The position numbers and the translations under genes were made by a program. The notes under the pieces are model-generated. The model searched no databases. It worked only from the letters and a program-made list of their open reading frames with translations, and had not been told where the DNA came from. Shown piece by piece: positions 19,385 through 26,544 of a stretch of 32,000 nucleotides of DNA. The first letter of the stretch is position 1. Every line of letters starts with the position of its first letter. This DNA comes from Methanothermus fervidus DSM 2088 (lineage in GTDB: Archaea > Methanobacteriota > Methanobacteria > DSM-2088 > Methanothermaceae), in assembly GCA_000166095.1 (NCBI GenBank), contig CP002278.1, forward strand, positions 870,001-902,000. The letters run 5' to 3'.

Positions 19385-19846
19385 TCACCTATGAGGTATT
19401 TTACCTAGTCTTCGTAAAATAAAGTAAAGAATAACTCCCATGATTGCTATAGTAAGAAGTATATCTTGTCCCACATGATATATATTCACCAACCATGCTT
19501 GCCTTGTTAATTCACCTATTTTTTCTAAATAGTCTAATGAAAGCATAAAGTATCCCAAAGGCATTATAAATCTAAAACAATAATACGCAAGATCTCCTCT
19601 TTCAACACTTTTAAAAATCTTTGATCCATACTTTCCCCAATATAAAGATAAAAATGCAAGGTAGATACCTGCTAGTGCAGAAGTTACACAAACTCCCAGC
19701 AGAATTACAAACATATGTGTTTTTGCCCAGGGTAGCAAATTAGGCCTGGATTCAACTATCCAATCTAATGTTATGAAAAAAATAAAGAGTATGCCTAATA
19801 TACAAAAGGTCACCTCTAATAATTTTAATCTTGATACCATTGACAT
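19385..19846 (-). CDS. Hypothetical multi-pass membrane protein
   Basis: Several predicted TM segments (LLEVTFCILGILFIFFITLDWIV, FVILLGVCVTSALAGIYLAFLSLYW, ILLTIAIMGVILYFIL). Confidence 0.6.
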   Translation of the reverse strand: MSMVSRLKLLEVTFCILGILFIFFITLDWIVESRPNLLPWAKTHMFVILLGVCVTSALAGIYLAFLSLYWGKYGSKIFKSVERGDLAYYCFRFIMPLGYFMLSLDYLEKIGELTRQAWLVNIYHVGQDILLTIAIMGVILYFILRRLGKIPHR

Positions 19847-20044
19847 CGCCTATCAATAATATATCTTTTTAAAGAAAAAAAAATAAAAGAGGTCTAGGAG
19901 TTAGTGATCACTTATTTATGTGTATTGTATCTCAGTAGCCTTATTTACATCATTTATGCCTAGTAATATAAGTAATTAGTATAAAATGATTACTATCAGT
20001 GTAAAATGTTAATCATAAATTATTGTACAATGATGTACATGGAG

Positions 20045-20072
20045 ATGTCGCTAAACTTACCTTTAGCGACAT
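20045..20072 (+). promoter_or_regulatory. Perfect 11-bp inverted repeat (ATGTCGCTAAA / TTTAGCGACAT) with a 6-nt loop
   Basis: atgtcgctaaa cttacc tttagcgacat read directly in the intergenic region upstream of the large surface-protein gene. Confidence 0.75.
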
Positions 20073-20143
20073 ATATGATTTCTAACCTCTACTTAGATGC
20101 GATGGGAAAATGCCTTAACTCATGATTAGAAAACAGTGGTTCG

Positions 20144-20152
20144 TTTAAATAC
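20144..20152 (+). promoter_or_regulatory. Candidate TATA box upstream of the surface protein gene
   Basis: TTTAAATAC about 130 nt upstream of ATG 20276. Confidence 0.4.
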
Positions 20153-20275
20153 ATAGATTGTGGTGGATGTCCTTTTGACCACTCAGAAACAGCTTTATTC
20201 ATGTTATTAGCATTGCATTGACAAAAGTATAAAATTACATAATATATATAACATAAAATCAGAGGGGGTGCCTAA

Positions 20276-22750
20276 ATGAAGTCTAAAGCTGTATTAATCC
20301 TCTCAACATTGCTAGTTCTGTTGGCAATTTCTCAAGCATATGGAGCTAAAGAAGTTTATCCAGAGTATGGCTCCCTTAAAGATGTAATAGAAAACTCTAA
20401 TCATGGAGAGACAATATTCCTGCATAAAGGGACATATCATGCTTCAGGAATTGTGATAGATAAGAATTTAACTATTGTAGGTGAATATAAGGATGGAGTT
20501 GTAATTGATGCTCTATGGCAAGACCCTATATTCATAATTTCCAGCGGTGCAAATGTAAGGTTGATAAATTTAACATTGACCAATGGAAATGGAGCAGGAG
20601 GTGGTGCAATAAAGAATAATGGATATTTAGTGGTTAAGAACTGTGCTTTTGTGGATAATTATGCTAGCGAAAAGGGCGGTGCCATTTTTAACAATGGTAC
20701 TTTAACAATAAATGGTTGCAGATTTAAAAATAACAAGGTCATCATACTCGGCGGCGGTACTATCTACAATTCTCGTGAAGGTCAGGTTACAATAAGTAAC
20801 AGTGTATTTGTGAATAACAATGCTGCTGTTTTTGGAGGAGCTATAGATAATGATGGTTATTTAACAATCAAAAATTGTGTATTTGAAAACAACACTGCTT
20901 TTATTGGCGGTGCTATCTATAATAATGGTGATTTAACAATAATACATTCCACATTTATTAACAATGGTATAGTGCGGGGATTTGAAGGTACCATCAGTAA
21001 TAATGGTAATTTAACAATAATACATTCTACATTTGACGGAAAGAAAGTTAGCTATAAGAAAGAGAAAGTAACAATGCCAACACCAAAGAAACCACCTATA
21101 AAATCGTCATTTGATTATTTTTGGGTTACAAATACAGATGATGGCTCTGTTTCTAAAGTAGACAAAACAACAATGCAGGAAGTTGCTCGCTATAGAGTTA
21201 ATCCAAATAATAATACTTGGACAAGTAGAATTGCTGTCGACAAAATGGGTAATGCATGGATTGTTAATACCAATGTAGGCACGGTAGTAAAAATTTTAGG
21301 AAATACTACTGGTTTAAACAATACCTCTACAGGACCTAACGACATAAAACCATGGGGACAGGATCAAGCAGTACAATATGAAATTGTATTAATACCAGGA
21401 AAAGAGGGGACATATAAGCCAGGTACATATACAGGAGGTTATGATCCCAAAGGCAAATATGGAGAAAATGGAGCACCATCTCCTAGAGCAATTGCTGTGG
21501 ATAAATATAACAACGTGTGGGTAGGTACATATGGAACCCAGATGTTATATTACATTAATGGTAGTAATGGACAGATAATATATAAATTTAATCTCACAAA
21601 TAATAGTATTCATAATGTTTCTTCTAACTTTAGGCCTTGTAATGCCATTATAGATGAAAACGGATATCTCTGGATTACTGGGGACCTCAGTGGGTCAGTA
21701 TTAAGGGTTGTTTATGACTATAATAATGATACTGTACTCATTAAGAGAATTGATGAAATACCTTTGGGAGGAAACGTAGATTATGCATATGCAATTGCAT
21801 CTGATCATAAAGGTAGGATTTTAGTCACGACGTATTCTAAAATTATCGGTTATCTTTATATTATAGATTCAACAACAGGTAGTATATTAAGAAGTGAAAC
21901 ATTATTACTATATCAGTATCCTACAGGAATTGTAGTGGATGATAATGGGAATATTTGGATTGCATGCTATTATGGCGTAATTAGGTTGGCTAGTGATGGC
22001 AGGATAAAAGCTATAATACGAGTAGGTTATTGGAATACAGGTGTAGGGATAATAAAAAATGAGACAGGATGGAAAATAGTTGTAACGAGTTATAAAGATA
22101 ATCGTGTTTATACAATAGACCCAAATACAAATAAGGTAGACAACAGTGTTGCTGTTGGCCCATGTGGACACTATATGTATGGTGATTTTACTGGATATGA
22201 GATATTAAGAACGTTAGCAGCAGATCTATCAATAGTGAAGAATGCAAGCGCAACAACTGCAAGACTTGGAGACAGAGTTACATTCACAATAACAGTCATG
22301 AACAATGGACCAAACAATGCAACAGATGTGAATGTAACAGATAAGCTACCTTCTGGACTTGAGTTTGTAGGCTGTTATGCAACAAAAGGAACCTACAATC
22401 CAACATCAGGAACCTGGAATTTTACAAATCTAATAAATCTTCTAATAGATAGATGGTTGCATCTTCTTAATATGACATTTTCTGATAATATGACGTGTGG
22501 AATTGATTACTATGTAAAGAATAACAAGGCAAAATTCAGCTTAAAAGTGATTATGCCCACAAAACCACTTAAACTTGGAAAACCACATGTTCTAAAACCA
22601 CCAAAACCAACAAAGATTAAACTCCTAAAGGGAGGAAAAGAAAAGATAGGAAAAAAAATTAAGATACCAGTTACTGGAGTGCCTCTAACTTATCTATTAC
22701 TTGGATTAATCCTAATAATCCTTGGACTATCAGATAGAAGAAAAACATAA
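20276..22750 (+). CDS. Large secreted surface/adhesin-like protein: beta-helix, NHL/Vgb-like propeller, DUF11-like segment, PxTG-TM-RRK tail
   Basis: Signal peptide MKSKAVLILSTLLVLLAISQAYGA; repeats GGAIxNNGxLTIxNCxFxNN; repeats (AIAVDKYNNVWVGT, GIVVDDNGNIWIAC); ADLSIVKNASATTARLGDRVTFTITVMNNGPNNATDVNVTDKLPSGL; C-terminal IPVTGVPLTYLLLGLILIILGLSDRRKT; strong RBS gaggggg. Confidence 0.85.
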   Translation: MKSKAVLILSTLLVLLAISQAYGAKEVYPEYGSLKDVIENSNHGETIFLHKGTYHASGIVIDKNLTIVGEYKDGVVIDALWQDPIFIISSGANVRLINLTLTNGNGAGGGAIKNNGYLVVKNCAFVDNYASEKGGAIFNNGTLTINGCRFKNNKVIILGGGTIYNSREGQVTISNSVFVNNNAAVFGGAIDNDGYLTIKNCVFENNTAFIGGAIYNNGDLTIIHSTFINNGIVRGFEGTISNNGNLTIIHSTFDGKKVSYKKEKVTMPTPKKPPIKSSFDYFWVTNTDDGSVSKVDKTTMQEVARYRVNPNNNTWTSRIAVDKMGNAWIVNTNVGTVVKILGNTTGLNNTSTGPNDIKPWGQDQAVQYEIVLIPGKEGTYKPGTYTGGYDPKGKYGENGAPSPRAIAVDKYNNVWVGTYGTQMLYYINGSNGQIIYKFNLTNNSIHNVSSNFRPCNAIIDENGYLWITGDLSGSVLRVVYDYNNDTVLIKRIDEIPLGGNVDYAYAIASDHKGRILVTTYSKIIGYLYIIDSTTGSILRSETLLLYQYPTGIVVDDNGNIWIACYYGVIRLASDGRIKAIIRVGYWNTGVGIIKNETGWKIVVTSYKDNRVYTIDPNTNKVDNSVAVGPCGHYMYGDFTGYEILRTLAADLSIVKNASATTARLGDRVTFTITVMNNGPNNATDVNVTDKLPSGLEFVGCYATKGTYNPTSGTWNFTNLINLLIDRWLHLLNMTFSDNMTCGIDYYVKNNKAKFSLKVIMPTKPLKLGKPHVLKPPKPTKIKLLKGGKEKIGKKIKIPVTGVPLTYLLLGLILIILGLSDRRKT
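20640..21060 (+). repeat. Tandem beta-helix coils inside the surface protein gene
   Basis: Recurring GG(A/T)I.N.G.LTI.(N/H)S/C.F.NN units of varying length in the translation. Confidence 0.7.
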
Positions 22751-22901
22751 CGCCTACTTTTTTATATTCTATTTTGTTATTTCCTAAGATTTTTTCTTTG
22801 TGGGTAGCTGTTGAAGTGACACAAAATTTTTTTATAGTCAATTTTTTAATATTTTATACAAATTTTTGAATTTTAGTGGTGCTAGTTGGAGGGACACTCC
22901 T

Positions 22902-23177
22902 ATGGCAAAAGGAGTTGTTTATGTATTAGCTGCGTTAGTTATTTTATTTGGCTTGTTTTTTGTGGCAATATTGCTTAGCCCTACAAAAAGTGGTGAAGAA
23001 GGTATACAAGGTAAGATTTCATCGTTTAAAGAAAAGGTAAAAAATGTTCCAAAACAGATTTCAAATAAACCCACACCTGGCCCTGGTCCTACCCCTCCTG
23101 AACCAGGGCCTACTCCACCAGAACCTACTCCACCTGAAGAATCACAGCAAGGTGGAGAAGTACCTAGCGGCGGATAA
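22902..23177 (+). CDS. Small membrane-anchored protein with a Pro/Gly/Glu-rich tail
   Basis: MAKGVVYVLAALVILFGLFFVAILLSP TM helix, then TPGPGPTPPEPGPTPPEPTPPEE; RBS ggaggg before ATG 22902. Confidence 0.65.
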   Translation: MAKGVVYVLAALVILFGLFFVAILLSPTKSGEEGIQGKISSFKEKVKNVPKQISNKPTPGPGPTPPEPGPTPPEPTPPEESQQGGEVPSGG

Positions 23178-23279
23178 CGAATAAATTTTTAGTGTTCTTT
23201 TTTTATTTATTTTTAATTTCGTGACTGTAATATATATATGAGTTTTTTCAGAATATGTATTACCTATTATTGAGGGTCT

Positions 23280-24047
23280 ATGAAAAGTTTCTATATATGG
23301 ACAGTTTTAGTTGTTCTTGTGGCTATGGTGTCTGTTAGCTGTGTTTCAGCTGCAGACACAATTAGTAGTCAACACTCCAATGATACACTCTGTATCATGG
23401 ATGCAACTGGATACACAGCCGATATCAGCACTATTCATTCCGAAATTGAAAAGACAGATGTGATCCTCCAAAGTAAGGATTACACTTGTGGACCAGCAGC
23501 ACTCTCTATGGTCCTCCAGAAACTTGGAATACAGGCAACCGAGGATGAACTGGCAGCACTCGCAGGGACCACAGAGGAAGGGACAACAATGCAAGGTTTA
23601 GTGGAAGCAGCAAAAGCTAAAGGAGTAAATGCAGTAGGAATGAAACTCGGCATAAATGAACTTAAAGAAAACATGATTGTACACCTAATGAAGGATGGCG
23701 AAGGACATTATGCTGTAGTTAAAGAAATAACAGCCAACACCATCAAATTGGCAGATCCAGGTTTAGGGAACATAGAATTATCACTAGAAAAATTCCAGGA
23801 AATCTACACAGGAAATGCTTTAGTAATCAACCAAACAACAAACCAAAACACCTCCAACACAAATAAAACAGAAGAAAACATAACTACATCAAATAAAATC
23901 CTCAGCAAAGAAGAAATGCAGAACATCAAGGGTAAAGGATGGCTAAATAGGCTTTGGAGAAAAATAAAAAGGGCCCTCCTGAGATGGTGGCATTACCAAA
24001 AAGTGTTCCAGCAATATCACTCATATCCTCCTTACGGGGTATGGTGA
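23280..24047 (+). CDS. Secreted C39-like cysteine peptidase with a C-terminal double-glycine-leader-like motif and Trp-rich cationic tail
   Basis: Signal peptide MKSFYIWTVLVVLVAMVSVSCVSA; catalytic set QSKDYTCGPAALSMVLQKLG / GEGHYAVVKEI / LADPGLG; C-terminal ILSKEEMQNIKGK-GWLNRLWRKIKRALLRWWHYQKVFQQYHSYPPYGVW; TATA-like tatatatatg upstream. Confidence 0.9.
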   Translation: MKSFYIWTVLVVLVAMVSVSCVSAADTISSQHSNDTLCIMDATGYTADISTIHSEIEKTDVILQSKDYTCGPAALSMVLQKLGIQATEDELAALAGTTEEGTTMQGLVEAAKAKGVNAVGMKLGINELKENMIVHLMKDGEGHYAVVKEITANTIKLADPGLGNIELSLEKFQEIYTGNALVINQTTNQNTSNTNKTEENITTSNKILSKEEMQNIKGKGWLNRLWRKIKRALLRWWHYQKVFQQYHSYPPYGVW

Positions 24048-24051
24048 AAAT

Positions 24052-24096
24052 ATAAGCCTGGCAAGCCTTGAGTACAATTATTATCTTTAGGCTTAT
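24052..24096 (+). terminator. Candidate stem-loop (ATAAGCCT / AGGCTTAT, 29-nt loop) followed by a T run
   Basis: 8-bp inverted repeat just after the C39 gene stop, then TAAATTTTTT. Confidence 0.4.
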
Positions 24097-24123
24097 TAAA
24101 TTTTTTAAGAGGTGGTTATCATT

Positions 24124-24891
24124 ATGAAGGAGTTGAGTGAGTCTCAAAAGACATTTCTTTTGGTTTTTGTGGCTTTTTTGTTGGGTATAGTTACAGGGCC
24201 TCTTATCCCAGCCCTTATGCTTGAATGTATCTATACTCCTTATCCTAATATTCTAGGACCATTTTTAATGTTTTTCGCTTGGCTTTGCATTCTTTCTAGC
24301 TTTAAGAAGGATAATAGGTGGTTTTATGTTCCATTAGCAATTTTCTTGATATTTACTCTAGTCGCTCCATTTTTGGGTATGACGGAGGTTATCCCAAAAG
24401 TGAAAGAGAGAATAGCGCATCCACCAAGCCAAGGATTAATAGGAGTAAAACCTTATTCATTCACTACATTCATAACAATCTTCACTCATAACTCCGGAGG
24501 AAGTATAACAGATTATCTTTCAGGAGTTAGTATAATTTTACCTTTCCTAGCAGAGGCAATATGGGATCTTTATTTCTCTACTATGACGGCCGCATTTATA
24601 TCCTATTGGCACTGGAAGGGCCTAAAAGTCATTCTTGGTAGTATCTTTATATACTTTGAATACTCTGCATCATATTTATCTTTCATTGCGGGTGCAAATG
24701 TAAGTCGTTATATGTTTAAAGCCATAATAGATGTTTTGAGGACTCGTAGGATCCGTGGGAATTTCAAAGAGGTTAAAGAGGCCTTTAAATGGGGATTAAA
24801 ACTGGTTGGAGTCAGTATTGTTCTCTTCTTTGTGGCTGCAATCTTTGAAACTTGGTGGGCGCCATGGTGGTACAAACAAATATTTCCATGA
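24124..24891 (+). CDS. SpoIIM/DUF95-like integral membrane protein
   Basis: Multi-TM protein ending VGVSIVLFFVAAIFETWWAP, typical of the SpoIIM family; RBS gaggtgg upstream of ATG 24124. Confidence 0.7.
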   Translation: MKELSESQKTFLLVFVAFLLGIVTGPLIPALMLECIYTPYPNILGPFLMFFAWLCILSSFKKDNRWFYVPLAIFLIFTLVAPFLGMTEVIPKVKERIAHPPSQGLIGVKPYSFTTFITIFTHNSGGSITDYLSGVSIILPFLAEAIWDLYFSTMTAAFISYWHWKGLKVILGSIFIYFEYSASYLSFIAGANVSRYMFKAIIDVLRTRRIRGNFKEVKEAFKWGLKLVGVSIVLFFVAAIFETWWAPWWYKQIFP

Positions 24892-25164
24892 GAGATTCTC
24901 TTTCATTGTTCAGCTATATGTGTTGATGATATTCTATTTTTTAATGCCATGCTTTCTCTCAGTATTGATTATTGGACCATTGAAGAAGTCCTGGTCTCCA
25001 GTACACACATCAATAATACATACTTTTTATTAAAAATTAAAATAGGGTTATAATATCTCTTTACTTAACAGTTTTTTATTGTATGTCCGAACGTACACAT
25101 TAGTGCAGTTAACATATATGCATAAAATAAAAAAATTTTATTTTAAGAATAAATAGGAGTGTAG

Positions 25165-25479
25165 TTGATGAAGAATATTATTTTTTTAGCATTACTAGTA
25201 GGCGTGGTAATTGGATTAAGTATTGGATTTATGAGCAACAATGTTAATAATATCAATTCTATCTTTAAGAATGGCACAGTACAAGAATCTAAGAGTTCAA
25301 ATCGTATAAGTTACGTTAACAGTGAAAAATCATATTCATGGACTTGTCCTAACTGTGGAGGACATTCATATCACATAGAAGAGCATATAGGATACGATGA
25401 AAATGGTAGTATAATTGGAGGTTCAAAATACCGTGTATGTGATAATTGCGGATACAAAGAGGAAATTGGAGTCGGTTAA
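25165..25479 (+). CDS. Small membrane-anchored zinc-ribbon protein
   Basis: N-terminal TM NIIFLALLVGVVIGLSIGF; CPNCGGHSYHIEEH...YRVCDNCGYKEE. Confidence 0.65.
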   Translation: MMKNIIFLALLVGVVIGLSIGFMSNNVNNINSIFKNGTVQESKSSNRISYVNSEKSYSWTCPNCGGHSYHIEEHIGYDENGSIIGGSKYRVCDNCGYKEEIGVG

Positions 25480-25589
25480 CAATGTCAAGAGACAACAGTG
25501 AACCACATAGCAAAGTTGATTAAAAGATCAAAGATAACTATACTTTCTTTTTGCATTTCTTATTTATCGTAGTTTATAATTTTACAAAT

Positions 25590-26492
25590 TTAGAGTTTAT
25601 GTGCATATTCTTCGTTTGCTCGTTTTTTAAACCATTCTACAAAATTTGGAAATGAATCTTTCTTTATTATATCTTTCACGTCGAAAACATGAAGATACGC
25701 ATGTCTAGAAAAATATATTCCCAATCGTTTTATTTTATAATTTGATGGCATTCCATCAATGCCACCAATTTTGTAGAGAATATAGTAACCTATCAACTGA
25801 TTAAAATAATCTCTTCTTAATTCAAGGTTTTTTGTAGTTTTTATATCTATTATCGTATCATCTATCACAATATCACAATCTGCTCCCCCAACCAATTGAG
25901 ATGCTTCCCCAAATGTTGGATTCAATACACATATTTTCTTTGCCTTGAAATATTCTGGCTTCACTATCGATATTAAATTCTTTAAATCTTTTATGTCATT
26001 TTTATCGACACTGCCTAAATTTTTATCTACGACCCCAGCCCTATATATTAAATCCACCTGAGCCAATAACAATGCTGCTCTGTATAAATCAGAATTCATC
26101 TTCCCTGTTTTAATAAATTCATTATAAACCTTCTTTGAATACTCTATTATTTCTTCAACTTTATCATAAACATAAGGATCAAGTAATTCAGGATTTATAA
26201 TTGTATCAACGTCGTCAGAGAAAATTTCATCTTTTGTAAACATTGATAATAATTGTAATCTCTCTAATAATTGAAGAGATACTTCACTAACCCAAGGATG
26301 TTCAACAGCATCAGGATTCAATCGTTTTATATAAAAACGAAGTAGATAATCAAATGCCATGCCTACAAGACCATAATGGTTTGTTAGAGGAGGTGCCAAT
26401 AATTTTCTTTGGACTTTTAATCGTGGTTTTTTAAATTCTCGTTTAAAGGCCTGCCTCACATCTTTTATTTTAATGAAAGATGTTAGACTCAT
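25590..26492 (-). CDS. PD-(D/E)XK nuclease superfamily protein (RecB/Cas4-like core)
   Basis: GGADCDIVIDDTIIDIKTTKNLELRRDYFNQLIGYYILYKIGG: GxxD...DxK core followed by QxxxY. Confidence 0.75.
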   Translation of the reverse strand: MSLTSFIKIKDVRQAFKREFKKPRLKVQRKLLAPPLTNHYGLVGMAFDYLLRFYIKRLNPDAVEHPWVSEVSLQLLERLQLLSMFTKDEIFSDDVDTIINPELLDPYVYDKVEEIIEYSKKVYNEFIKTGKMNSDLYRAALLLAQVDLIYRAGVVDKNLGSVDKNDIKDLKNLISIVKPEYFKAKKICVLNPTFGEASQLVGGADCDIVIDDTIIDIKTTKNLELRRDYFNQLIGYYILYKIGGIDGMPSNYKIKRLGIYFSRHAYLHVFDVKDIIKKDSFPNFVEWFKKRANEEYAHKL

Positions 26493-26544
26493 AATTTAAA
26501 CTCCATAAATTTATTAATTAAATTTTATTTATTAATAACCATTA

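Noticed and set aside
20276-22750. Mobile element or transposase in the accessory region
   Set aside because: No transposase motifs or terminal inverted repeats found around the surface protein gene. Internal repeats are protein-structural coils.
24806-25033. 75-aa plus-strand ORF overlapping the 3' end of the SpoIIM-like gene
   Set aside because: Overlaps the better-supported CDS in another frame, with no recognisable motif.
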